DNA of 64,000 bases from Octopus sinensis (GCF_006345805.1 NC_042999.1:146196001-146260000), one strand, 5' to 3'; counted from the stretch's first letter, positions 13,110 through 25,480 are shown. Notes: generated by a model not told the origin, from the letters alone. Numbers and translations: made by a program.

Positions 13110-13120
13110 GTACGTATATA
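10795..13120. repeat. About 2.3-kb compound (TA)n/(TATG)n/(TACG) microsatellite array
   Basis: Direct inspection. All YIYI ORFs from 10743 to 13184 are artefacts of it. Confidence 0.97.
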
Positions 13121-13525
13121 CTCTTTACTCTCTTTTACTTGTTTCAGTCATTTGACTGCGGCCATGCTGGAGCACCACCTTTAGTCAAGCAAATCGACCC
13201 CGGGACTTATTCTTTGTAAGCCCAGTACTTATTCTATCGGTTTCTTTTGCCGAACCGCTAAGTGACGGGGATGTAAACACACCAGCATCGGTTGCCAAGC
13301 AATGCTAGGGGGACAAACACAAAGATATACACACACACTTATATATATATAAACATATATACGACAGGCTTCTTTCAGTTTCCGTCTACCAAATCCACTC
13401 ACAAGGCATTGGTCGGCCCGGGGCTATAGCAGAAGACACTTGCCCAAGATGCCACGCAGTGGGACTGAACCCGGAACCATGTGGTTGGTTAGTAAGCTAC
13501 TTACCACACAGCCACTCCTGCGCCT
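13120..13525 (-). mobile_element. SINE family A, near full length
   Basis: Highly similar to 9585-9975. Intact head at 13470-13525. Confidence 0.88.
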
Positions 13526-14155
13526 ATATATATATATATGTATGTATGTATATATATATATGTATGTACGTACATATATATGTATGTACGTACGTATATA
13601 TGTATGTACGTACGTATATATATATGTATGTACGTACGTATATATGTATGTACGTACGTATATATATATGTATGTATATATATATGTATGTATGTATATA
13701 TATATGTATGTATGTACATATATATATATATATGTATGTATGTATGTACGTATATATATATATGTATGTATGTATGTATGTACGTATATATATATATATA
13801 TATAGTCCCTCTTGTTTACCGTCAACATATATGATATTTCAGCAATATATGATGCACTACATGTGAATAGATGATGAAAGATCAGAAAATAAATCTTGAT
13901 GAAATTGTGTTTTTGTTTCTGTTTTGTGCACATGCAATGTATGAAGTTCAAAACAGCGAAATCCAGTGACATTTGAAAAAAACAAAATCTGCTGTATCAG
14001 ATAGGGATAGAAACGTAGACAAACCAGCACCATAATTCTCCACCATTCACTCTCCATTCATTACCTTGCTTTTCATGCATGATTCTCATTCTTCTTATTT
14101 CTCACAGTTTCACTATTTGAGAGCACAAGAGCAAGAGAGAGAGAGAGAGAGAGAC

Positions 14156-14186
<31 letters not shown>

Positions 14187-14699
14187 TTAAAGAGACACTG
14201 AAGGAGAAAGGAAAACTGAGTTTGACATGACACAAACCTATTTTCTGATCTTTCTTTTAATGACTCATTATCAACATTTATGCATATCTTTTTTTTAAGT
14301 AGGATGAGGTCTGAAAGGGATTCGGCTGCTATTTCTCAAAATACATGTCATACAAATCTCTACCACATGACAAGGTGAGTAACAAGATATAGGCTTACGT
14401 CAACTTTCATTGGGAATTGTTTCCAATACTTAGTGCAGAAAATGATTCAGCATGCAAGAACATTAAAAACCATTTTTAGCTTCTGTCTGTTTTAATAAAT
14501 GGTTTGTACATGTTTTAACATGTATTTTTATTTGATTTTTCCACTTCAGTGTTGCTTTCAGGTGGCTTTTTAAAAACATTCATGCTTTTAGATATGTTTA
14601 CTGAGGCCAACATAAGTCATATAAATCAATGAGGTTCGGTTTTTTTGCAATTAAAAAAAAAAACAAAAAATGACTTGAGGATGACTTAATGTAAAATAA

Positions 14700-14970
14700 A
14701 TAAATAAATAAATAAATAAATGCACCCTTTTAAAGCCGAGCCAAGCTCATGAGCCTGGTTTCCCAGTTTCTATTGCATATGTGTTCCCCAGCTGGACAGG
14801 ACGCCAGTCCATCGCAACGTTACTCGTTTTTGCCAGCTGAGTGGACTGGAGCAATGTGAAAATGAAGTGCTTTGCTCAAGAACACTATGCGTCGCCTGGT
14901 CCAGGAATCAAAACCACAATCTTATGATCATGATGCTGACACCCTAACCACTAAGCCACGCACTTCCACA
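14700..14970 (-). mobile_element. SINE family C (tail type 1, (TTTA)n end)
   Basis: tRNA-like head, core TTGAGCAAAGCAC...GCTCCAGTCCACTCAGCTGGCAAAAA, ends AAGGGTGCATTTATTTATTT. Confidence 0.75.
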
Positions 14971-15489
14971 CACACAAAAAAAAATAAGTAACTTGACATG
15001 ACATAAGTTGAGGCATGTCTGTATATGGTTTTATGGTTTTGGAATACATAGCAAACAATGCACACCAACAATTCACATTTAAACAGACAGAGAAACAGAT
15101 TAATAGATATAAGTGAATGGATCATTTCTCTGTTTCAAACACGAGTCTTTCACTCAATTAACTGAAATACATTGTCAGTCACTGAAGATTGCAGACAATT
15201 AATATAATACTCAGACATAATCAGAATGACTCACTTTGCAATAAAGATATCTCTTTCAGTTACAGGTACACTTCATCCAAAAGTCCTTCTCACAGTTTCT
15301 GCCAACCCAATTTCATTCAGGGACCTTGGATTGACACAAGGTTATCATAGAAGAAATTTTCCCAAAGTCTTATACAATGATATAAAACCTGGTACTACAT
15401 GGTTTGTATGGCAAACATCTTAACTACTTGGCTATACGTGAAATAAGGTCTGATAAAAATCTAATATCTTATATTCTTACATATCTTTT

Positions 15490-15835
15490 ATATCTGAGAC
15501 CCCCTTCGGTCACGACACAGACCATGGGATTGCACCTAGAAAGTTACCCTCTCAGGCACAAATCTGGGCAAGGTTGTTTATAGAAGACCAGCAGTCACCC
15601 ATGCATACTGGCCTCCCCTCTCCACGCCACCAGTATTATCCAAGGGAAAGGCAGCAGCCGATACAGCTTGGCAACCGTGATGTTGCACCTCATTTCTACA
15701 GCTGAGTGAACTGGAGCAACGTGAAATAAAGTGTCTTGCTCAAGAACACAACACGCAGCCCGGCCCGGGTTTCGAGCTCACAACCTCATGATCATAAGCT
15801 CGACGCTCTAACCACTGAGCTATGTGCCTTCATCT
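15490..15835 (-). mobile_element. SINE family C (tail type 2)
   Basis: Same head and core as 14700 and 24775, different 3' half (...CTTGGATAATACTGGTGGCGTGGAGAGGGGAGG...GACCGAAGGGGGTCTC). Confidence 0.75.
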
Positions 15836-16107
15836 TTTATATATATCAAGTACTATAAGAAATTCTCTTAATCAGTTGAATTTAGCACTTTTTGATGGTA
15901 TTGTGCCTTGCAGCAGTGCCAGGGTGAATTAATACCATTAAGCAATTTTCCCTCTAGAAACCCAAGCAACAGCATTACCAAACTCAGGACAACAATATCA
16001 ACCATTCTAACCAACCATGTATCAATTAGTTTTGCTGTTATCTTGCTCTCAGTTTTATCTTTCTCTCACATATCCTTGTCACATCTAATCAAAGTACAAT
16101 ATCTTAC

Positions 16108-16306
16108 CAACATCATCTAGTGCTGTGATGGCAAATGTCTGTGTATCTAAAAAATATTGACTGACAGATTGTATCTCTGAGTTTTCAGATTTCCACATGG
16201 CACATATTTCTTGAGTGGAAGCATCTAAGATGTACAAACCATCTTTGGTACCCAAAGATGAATATATTGATCCATTACATCCACTGAAGCTGTTTATTTT
16301 TGGTAC
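16108..16306 (-). CDS. WDR93: WDR93 coding exon 2
   Basis: ttttgttaattgtag|GTA CCA AAA...GAT GTT G|gtaaga. 199 nt, phase 0 to 1, open frame VPKINSFSGCNGSIYSSLGTKDGLYILDASTQEICAMWKSENSEIQSVSQYFLDTQTFAITALDDV(G). The end matches recalled human LIAPVDEMG. Confidence 0.88.
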
Positions 16307-16789
16307 CTACAATTAACAAAACAGAGCATATTTATAGAGAATATTAGATATGTTGAATAAGTAAGTGTATGTACAAATATTTATTTCTAAGGTACAAAGC
16401 CAGAAATTTTGAGAGGGATTTAGTTAATATCTTTGGTCCCAGTACATGAATAGTGCTTTATTTTATCGACCCCAGAGGGGTGAATGGCAAAGTTGATGTT
16501 GACAGGATTTATGCTCAGAATATAATGACCTGCAAGGCATTTTTTTCTGTTTCCCTAAGGATTTTGCCAGTCAACCATCCAGTTGAGGTACAAATTCTCT
16601 GTGGGTAGGAAAAGACGAATACCTGGTCTCTGTTGGAGCTGTGAAAAACTTTGAAACTAGTGAACTTGATATTCACTTTTGGGCAGCAGAAAGACAATCA
16701 CATGGGTCTCTCTCTCTCACACACACACACATGGAGTAGTATAATTTTCATGAAGCACTGTCTCACATATATAAATCCCCTGTCTTTAA

Positions 16790-17335
16790 ACATTCATTTG
16801 CTTCAGTCATTAGACTGTGGCCATGCTGGAGCACTGCCTTAAATAATTTTAGTCAAACACATTAACCCCAGTAATTATTTCTTTTAAAGCCAGGCACATA
16901 TTTTATTAGTCTCTTTTGCTGAACTGCTAATTTATAGGGATATAAGCACACCAACACCAGTTGTCAAGCAATGGTGGGAGGCATACACAGGTACAAGTAC
17001 ACCCCCCCCCCAACACACATGTACACACACATATATGATGGGCTTCTTTCAGTTTTTATCTACCAAATCCACTCACAAGGCTTTGATCAGGCTGAAGCTA
17101 TGGAAGAAAACACACGCCCAAGGTGCCATTCCTTGACCTATGCTTGTAATTTTTTTAAAAGTAAAAACAATGCAATATATATATATACACATATACGATG
17201 GGCTTCTTCCAGTTTCCATCTACCAAATCAACTCACAACGCCTGAGGTTATACTAGAAGACACTTACCCAAGGTGCCACACAGTGGGACTGAACCCGGGA
17301 GCATGTGGTTGGTAAGCAAGCTACTTACTCCTGCA
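16790..17335 (-). mobile_element. SINE family A, diverged, with partial internal duplication
   Basis: The GGGCTTCTTTCAGTTT...CCAAATCCACTCACAAG segment occurs twice (17040 and 17200). Confidence 0.7.
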
Positions 17336-17959
17336 CCTATAATGTCCACCTTTCCATGCTTGTATGGGTCAGACGGAGTTTATTTGTGGTAAATTTTCTA
17401 CCACTGGCTCTCCATCCTGTTGCTAGCCCTCACTCATTTCCAAGCAAGGTAATATTCTTTTCTAAACTAGGCACAAGGCCTGAAATTTTGAGGGAGGGGG
17501 CCAATCAATTAGATTGACTCCAGTACACAAGTAGTACTTAATTTATCAACCCTGAATGGATGAAAGGCAAAGTTGACCTCAGTGGAATTTGAACTCAGAA
17601 TATAAAGACAGATGAAATACTGCTAAGCATTTCGCCCGGTGTACTAACATTTCTGCCAGCTCGCCACCTTCAAAGCAAGGTAATATTTCCCCAAGACCAG
17701 ATATGTTCTTGCAGAACAGTGGAAAGGAATTGCACTGCTTGTATGATAGTGATACTCATTTACAATGATCATACAATATCAAGATAAGGAAACACAAACA
17801 CACACATATACATAAATACAATGGATTTCTTCCAATTTCTGTCTCCTAAAGACACTCACAAGGTGCCTCACAGTGGGACTGAGCCTGGAATCTTGTGTTG
17901 GGGAGCAAACTTTTTACTATACAGCCATGCCTGCACTTTACACCAACACCTATATATAT

Positions 17960-18690
17960 GTGTGTGTGTGTGTGGAAGAGGTAGACCCAGGAAGACCTAG
18001 GATGAGGTGGTGAAGCACAATCTTTGAACAGTAGGCCTCACCGAGGCAATGACTAGTAACTGAGGCATTTGGAAATATGCTGTGCTTGAGAAGACCCAGA
18101 AAGCCAAGTGAGACCATAACCCGTGGCCTATGCCAGTGGTGTAACCAGCCCACATATGCGTACTTTTCCTTCATTGGTCACTAAACTCTGCTTGTGAAGA
18201 CCTGTTGAGGCAAGAGAAATTGAAATCAAGTTTGATGACAGCACTGCTTGACTGGCATCCATGCTAGTGGAGCACTAAGAGTACCATCCAAGCATGATTG
18301 TTGCCAGCGTCGCTGACTGGCTCCTATGCCAGTGGCACGTAAAATGCACCATCCGAGCATGATCGATACCAGTGTTGCCTTACTGTGAGATCAAGTGAGA
18401 TCATTGCCAGTGCTGCTGGACTGGCTCCTGTGCAGGTGTGACGTAAAAAGCACCTTTTGAGATTGGCTGTTGCCAGTACCGCTTCACTTGCCCTCATGCT
18501 GGTGGCATGTAAAAGCAACCACTACACTCTCGGAGTGGTTCGCATTAGAAAGGGCATCCAGCTGTAGAAATTCTACCAGATCAGATTGGAGCCTGATGCA
18601 GCCATCTGGCTTGCCAGTCCTCAGTCAAACCATCCAACCCATGCCAGCATGGAAAGCGGATGTTCAACAATGATGATGATGATGATATAT
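17960..18690 (+). mobile_element. RTE LINE 3' end (ORF2 C-terminus + 3' UTR + (GAT)n)
   Basis: GRGRPRKT*DEVVKHNL motif, tandem UTR units and the tail. Confidence 0.8.
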
Positions 18691-18720
18691 ATATTCATAT
18701 ATATATAATTATAATAATGT

Positions 18721-18920
18721 CTTAGAAAAATTTTCAAGCCTGTATGCTGAGAAATAGACACTAAATCATCTCACCACTCAAAGAAGTCATAGACATACGT
18801 ATTGAATTTGATGCAACAAGCTTGTTGCATCACATTCAACATGTGTGTTTGTGACTTGTTTGAGTGGTGAGACGATTTAGTGTCTATTTCTCAGCATATA
18901 GGCTAGAAGATTTTACTAAG
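18721..18920. repeat. 200-bp zero-spacer palindrome
   Basis: 100-bp arms centred on AAG|CTT at 18820/18821, about 12 mismatches by hand. Confidence 0.92.
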
Positions 18921-19034
18921 CTCTTATTGTAATTATACATATAATTTTCATCTTAATTGGTTTCATTTTATATGCTGGCCACTGATAAAATTTTAAAAAA
19001 AGTTTTATCCTCTATCATTGTAATTAAAAGAACC

Positions 19035-19335
19035 ATCCGAATCGTGGCCGATGCCAGCGCCGCCTTGACTGGCTTCCGTGCCGGTGGCATGTAAAATGCA
19101 CCAATCTGATCGTGGCCGTTGCCAGCCTCGCCTGGCACCTGTGCAGGTGGCATGTAAAAAGCACCCACTACACTCACGGAGTGGTTGGCGTTAGGAAGGG
19201 CATCCAGCTGTAGAAACACTGCCAGATTAGACTGGAGCCTGGTGCAGCCTTCTGGCTTCCCAGATCCCCGGTTGAACCGTCAAACCCATGCTAGCATGGA
19301 GAATGGATGTTAAATGATGATGACAATGATGATAC
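19035..19335 (+). mobile_element. RTE LINE 3' UTR
   Basis: Near-identical to 6891-7175. Confidence 0.85.
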
Positions 19336-19369
19336 AGATGTGGGTGACCGTATGAGTACCGTTGGCAAA

Positions 19370-19539
19370 TTTTTTTTCCTCCGTCTTCCCTTCTTTAAAT
19401 CTTTCCTTTTCCTATGTTTCTGATGAAGAGCTCCGCTTGAAGCGCTAAACCCTCCTTCCTTCCTGAGTGTCCAATAATTCTATACTTGTTCCACGTCCTC
19501 GCGTTGTTGTGTTTTCTCTTTGTATTTTCATGTTTGGAT

Positions 19540-19575
<36 letters not shown>

Positions 19576-19790
19576 TCGTCTTTGGATTTCGTTTGCAAGA
19601 TTCTTTATAAGATTTCATGAGTTGAAGCATATTCTGTTATGTCTGGGGAAAGTTATTTTCTTTTTGTGCCTTATAATTTAACACAGTCACCGGTAAAATT
19701 TCCACTGAATTCTTATTTTTATTTTCCTAAAATTTTCGTTGCGTCTTGCAACTTTTCAATAGTCTTGACTCTGTCCGTTATTTACACTAC
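19370..19790 (+). mobile_element. Penelope-like terminal-repeat fragments with degenerate hammerhead motif
   Basis: GTTT-CTGATGA-AGAGC-TCC-GCTT-GAAGCGCT-AAAC at 19416-19450. The adjacent module recurs at 49950-50150 and 62865-62960 in rearranged orientation. Confidence 0.5.
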
Positions 19791-19799
19791 ATTCCTTTT

Positions 19800-20585
19800 T
19801 GTTTGCTTGTGCGCATGTGTGTGGGTCAGTGTGTGTGCCTATGCATGCATGTATGTATCTATATGTGTGTGTATGTATATATGTGTGTGTATGCATATGT
19901 ATATATGTATGTGCGTGCATCAGTATGTATTCTGCATATTCATGTGCTTGCATGTTCGTGTTTGTGTATTTTCTATGTATGCGTATGTGTGAGAGCATGT
20001 GTTTGTATATGTATGCACCTCTGTCTCCTTGTGTGTGTTTTGCAACTATGTACCATGTTTGTATGTATGGATGTGCATCTCCATATGTGTGGAGCTGTGT
20101 CTCCATATGTGTCCTTGTGTGGAGCAAAATGTGTGTATATATAGTCATGTGTTTCAGTCTCCATTTGCGTATGTGTGCTTGTCTGTTATTATAACCTATG
20201 TACCTATCTGTCTGTATGTTGATCAGTTTATTTTCATATCCATATGCTTGCATACAAAAAAGACTACTATACGCATACACACACACACATGCACACACTC
20301 ACCACACATGCATGCAGTCACACAGATGCACACTGACACACACAGTTGCATGCATGCACACCCCCACATGCACACACAGACTCACATACACACACTGACA
20401 CATGCACACACACACAGACTCACATACACACACTGACACATGCACACACACACACTCACATACACACACTGACACATGCACACACAGACTCACATACACA
20501 CACTGACACATGCACACACACACTGACACACATGCACACACATACACTGATATGCACACATGCACACAGACAGACACACATACAC
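19800..20585. repeat. TG-rich array followed by CA-rich array with an about 36-bp minisatellite period
   Basis: Direct inspection. The unit CACACAGACTCACATACACACACTGACACATGCACA repeats about 4 times in 20370-20520. Confidence 0.85.
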
Positions 20586-20587
20586 AA

Positions 20588-21428
20588 CAGGGTGTTTCAC
20601 TACTAAATTTGGCAATTTTTTGAGAAACAGTTTAATGTATTGGTGAACAGTGAATGGCTTTGGAGAACATAAACACTAAAGCTGTTTTTGAGAGAAAGCT
20701 AAAGAACATGGAAGATTGGAAACCATCTGAATATTGGAAAAGATTTATGTGTGATGAGGATTTGTGCACAGAATCAAAATGACAACATCATGACTGCTGT
20801 TTAAAAGTTTAAGACGTGACAGGGACAACTGTAACAAAGACTATGAAGCCATGTCCAGCAGGAAGAGACACAGCAGGTATTCTGACTGCATCTGCATGCT
20901 GGAATTCATCCCTATATCTTTGAACACATAGCCATCAATTCAAGTGTCCATGTGTAGTTACTAGAGACTCAATCCCTGGATGAAGAGGGTTGTTGCTGGA
21001 TGGACAATTGTGTAGCAGCAGGATTTGTCTCCTTGCCATACCTATGGAGAGAGTCAGAAGTGTTTATCAGAAAATTTATATGACTTCTCGAGCCCCAGTT
21101 TCTGACCTTCAAATTCCCCTTATTGTAATCCCATGAGTTACTATGTGTGAGGCCTGATTGAGAAAGACACCAACTGCTTTGCCAGGAACTCCAAAGCCAA
21201 GCTGGTGACCACGGTCAAGGAGGTTTTCATGGAGAGACACAGTGAGGAACACATGTGCCATATTCCAGAGCTGCCTTAAGACTGTAGGGAAGCTACTTTG
21301 AATAAATTGTTATCTACCATCCATAATCTAATTGATGTTTTCACTTTCTAAAATAATTTTATTTTTGGATGGGATATTGTTTTCTTTTCCTTTTATGCAA
21401 ACTGTCAAATTTAGCCCAAACACCCATC
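20588..21428 (+). mobile_element. Decayed Tc1/mariner (maT-type) DNA transposon
   Basis: Imperfect TIRs CAGGGTGTTT...CTAAATTTGGCA / CTGTCAAATTTAGCCCAAACACCC. Remnant SPNCNPMSYYV*G motif. Similar to 48319-49380 and 27497-27790. Confidence 0.7.
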
Positions 21429-22235
21429 TGCACATCTATTCCTGAAACAGCTGTTACAAACTATCTGCATACCTTTCTTCCTACTTTCTTCTTATCCTGC
21501 TTTAGATTCAACCTACGATGACCAGCTTTACCTATCACCAATAACTCAGACTTACTGTATAACTCTTCTGGGAGAATGATCGCATACATCATATCCATTA
21601 TAAAATTTTTCAACCAATGTTTTATCGACCTCTAGTGATCTAAACTCCTGTAACATTCAATACTACCCTCATGTTGTATCAATTATAAAGCATATAAATG
21701 TCATAATCTGATTTGATACCAGTTGTTTGTCTGTTTATACTTTCATTTTATTATAAACATAACTGCTTGATAGAAACACTGTCTTTAGCCAATCTTCATT
21801 AGACAACTATAACATTTCTGTATTTTTTAGTAGCAGTTCAAGCTGGTATTTAGGTAACAAGTCCATATAAACACTAATTACATATTACTCGTGAGTTTCC
21901 TAGCAATGAAGTTTTGTTTCGTGGGTTTTTTGTCTTTTCCAGGCTACTTCACATGCTTTCAACAAATTTGACATTGAAATCACATGTAAACAGCTCCTTT
22001 CCCCGGAAAAGGAAAAATTTGGATGCTATTTCTTGTATGCCCTGCTACGACCTAACAGGTATTTCAGGTCCTTTATCACAAATAGCTGTTATGTGGTGGC
22101 AGAGTGTGCTACAAATAGCAGCCAAATCTTTGGCGCTGAGATACACTGAATGCACTCAAAAAAATGTTTGTTATGGTATTCCCTGGGGGTAATATTTCAC
22201 TTTGACTCTCAGAAATGTCAGCTGGTTTTTGTTCG

Positions 22236-22580
22236 TTAACTTCCACAAAAATTTTTTATTTATTCACTTTTGGTTTAAAGTGAAAGAGAGGAGAAAGTGA
22301 AAGATGTATGAATGTGTATATGAAATGGCTGTGTGTGTGTGTGAGAGAGAGAGATAGTGCTACTTATACATACATTCTCTCTCTCACACACACATGCACA
22401 TGAAAAGATGTATGCATATGTATTGATGTATGCATGACAACACACCCCTTCACTCTCTCTCTCTCTCTCTTTCACACACATGCATCTGTTTCATATACAT
22501 ATACATACATCTTTCACATTCTCCTCTCTTTCACTTTAAAACAAAAGTAAATAAATAGAATTTTTTACAGAAAATAACGA
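22236..22580. repeat. Older imperfect inverted repeat (about 110-bp arms, about 100-bp spacer)
   Basis: TTTAAAGTGAAAGAGAGGAGAAAGTGAAAGATGTATG pairs with CATACATCTTTCACATTCTCCTCTCTTTCACTTTAAA. Confidence 0.8.
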
Positions 22581-23124
22581 CTTGAGGTAATTAAGAAAAC
22601 ATTAAAATATTGACTGTTTAAAGAAAGCTAAAATATGAATACTTACAGTACAAACAACTTACATTTTTCAAATCATATAAAAATATTTCTAAAAGATTTA
22701 AATATTGTGTACGTCAAAAAGTTAACGTGTTTTTTCTTAGAGAATGTAAAGATTATGTGTATGTATATGTCACAGATAGCAGACATGTGTTTGTGTTGAT
22801 TGACAGCCATGACAATCATTATGAGTGTGTATTCTGTATGTTTGTTTGTGTGTTGGTGATACGGAAACCATGTTTTATTTCTTCAAGAAATAACAAACAA
22901 AAATTGTGTTTACTTCTTTTCAATAATAAATAGAGAGCCAAATGTCACAAAAATTTGTACTGCACTGTCAAAGTTAAGTATAAAAATAAATATGCAAAAA
23001 AGAAGTTAAGATAAATTATACTGCTTCTGAGATATTTCGGGTACAAATATCCCTAGAGTTTTAGCATTATTAAGATATATATAGATATATATACATACAT
23101 ACACACACACATACATACATATAT

Positions 23125-24500
23125 CATCATCATCATTGTTTAACGTCTGTTTTCTGTGCTAGCACGGGTTGGACGGTTCGACCAGGGTCCAGGAAGCCAG
23201 GAGGCTGCACCAGGCTCCAGTCTGATCTGACAGAATTTCTACAGCTGGATGCCCTTCCTAATGCCAGCCATTCCGAGTGGGTGCTTTTTACATGCCACCG
23301 GCACAGGTGCCAGGGGAGGCTGACAGCGGCCACGATTGGTTGTTGCTTTTTACATGCCACCAGCACAGAAGCCAGTCAAGGCGGTGCTGGCATTGGCCAC
23401 GTTTGGATGGTGCTTTTTACATGCCACTGGCACAGGTATCACAACTACAATTTCCATAAGATATTTATTTTGATGTTGATGTACTTGACTCAATAGGTCT
23501 CCTCAAGCACAGCATGTCACCCTATGATCTAAGGTGAGCACAGCAGGTCGTTCTGCAATCCAAGGTACTTTGGATGGGCTGGGGCTATGCGAATCTGGTG
23601 CAAGAAACAGCCATGAACTCACATTATTTGTCGGGTCTTTACAGTTACAGCATATCTCCAGAGATTTTGGTCTTTTGTCATTGCCTCTGTGAGGCCCAAC
23701 GTTTGAAGGTCATGCTTGACCACCTAATCCCATGTCTTCCTGGGTCTACCTATCCTCCGGATACCTTCAACTGTTTGGGAGTGGCACTTCTTCACACATC
23801 TCTCCTCATCCATCCATAATACATGACCATACCAGTGTAAACGTCTCTCTTGCACATCACATCCAATGCTTCTTTTGTCTACATGTGTGCACACTGATAT
23901 TGCACATCCAGCGGATCATGCTAGCTTCATTTCTTTCAAGCCTATGCATGTCTTCTGCAGTCACAGCCTATGTTTCACTACCGTAAAGCATGGCAGTTCA
24001 CATACATGCATCGTACAATCTAACTTTCACTCTGAGCGACAGACCCTTTGTCACCAGTAGGAATAGAAGCTTTCTAAACTTTGCCCAGGCTATTTGTATA
24101 CTAGTGGCGACACTCTCTGAGCATCCGCCTCCACTACTAACTTGGTCACCTAGGTAGTGGAAACTATCAACTACTTCTAGTTTCTCACCCTGGAGTATGA
24201 TGGAATATGTTTTCTGAGTATCTGTGGTGTCTATTGCCCCTGTGCATCTGCTGCACATGAAAGCTATCTTCTCGGTTAATTTTCCTTTGATGTTGCTGCA
24301 CCTCTTATGCATCCATAGCTTACACTAGGTAAATCTTATGGAGTTTCTACCTACACCTTTTCTACAGATCGAGCAGGGCCACCTACCTGAGGGTGTGTGT
24401 GATGAGTTTGCCTTCCTGCTTACTATAACTTTGGTCTTTGCTACATTTACTCTAAGGCCTTTTGATTCTAAACCTAGCTTCCCACCCGAAATTTTTCTAG
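23125..24500 (-). mobile_element. 5'-truncated RTE LINE (RT end, PHD-like insert, C-terminus, 3' UTR, (GAT)n tail)
   Basis: [18 protein letters not shown]...[15 protein letters not shown]...HKRCSNIKGKL...CSRC...LEVVDSFHYLGDQVSSGGGCSESV...AWAKFRKL. Confidence 0.92.
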
Positions 24501-24519
24501 TTCCGGTAGTGATACATGC

Positions 24520-24575
<56 letters not shown>

Positions 24576-24678
24576 CACACACACACACACATATATATTA
24601 TATATATATATATGTATATACATATACACACACACACACATATATATATATATTATATATATATATATATATACATAT

Positions 24679-24732
<54 letters not shown>

Positions 24733-24774
24733 GTGCATATATATATACACATAAACATACATATATATATATAT

Positions 24775-25052
24775 AAGGAGCACTGTCGGTTATGAAATTA
24801 ACGTGCAAGTGACTGAGCAATCCACAGACACGCATACCCCTAACGTAGTTCTCAGGGAGATTCAGCATGACACAGAATGTGACAAGGCTGGCCCTTTGAA
24901 ATACAGGTACAACTCATTTTTGCCAGCTGAGTGGACTGGAGCAACGTGAAATAAAGTGTCTTGCTCAAGGACACAATGCATCACCGGAAATCAAACTCAC
25001 GACCTTACAATCATGAGCCGAATGCCCTAACCACTAAGCCATACGCCTTCAC
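24775..25052 (-). mobile_element. SINE family C (tail type 3)
   Basis: Same head and core as 14700 and 15490, third tail (...CAAAGGGCCAGCCTTGTCACATTCTGTGTCATGCTGAATCTCCCTGAGAACTACGTTA...). Confidence 0.8.
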
Positions 25053-25080
25053 ATATATCAGGCATGTGCCATATATATAT

Positions 25081-25480
25081 CAGGCATGTGCCATCAGTAA
25101 TTACTCAAAGTAGGCAGTTGGTGACGTTTATATAGTAAAACACACACACGAAAAAAAGCGAAACAGGCACGCAATTGAGTTGGAGGCAGATTTACTTTTG
25201 CCTTTATAGTATGTAAAGAAAGCGTATTAGGAATGTACGCAGCATGAGTTCTATAGCAATACTATGTGTAGCTTTAATACTGAGACTGAAAGGCAGGGGT
25301 GAATTATGTCTACCTAATCTACAAAAAAATATTTTGTATTTTATGCATAGCAATCAGAGTAACCTTCATAATTTTATTGAATTTGGTGCATATTTTGTCA
25401 TAAAAGAAAAATGTTACCATTAATCTATTTTATTCAGGGTAGGCACTGCCTACCTTGCCTACCAGGGCGGCACATCCCTG
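25081..25480. mobile_element. MITE-like element with imperfect TIRs (hAT-like)
   Basis: Left CAGGCATGTGCC...GTAGGCAG resembles the reverse complement of right CTGCCTACC...GGCACATCCCTG. Confidence 0.45.

Noticed and set aside
10743-13972. Long Y/I/M/C/V-rich ORFs up to 354 aa
   Set aside because: They are translations of (TA)n/(TATG)n microsatellites. The same applies near 6.6, 20, 24.5, 39.6 and 55.6 kb.
14398-14480. Minus-strand donor GAC|gtaagc as candidate WDR93 exon 3
   Set aside because: All phase-1 acceptors give stops. The true exon 3 was found at 10276-10343.
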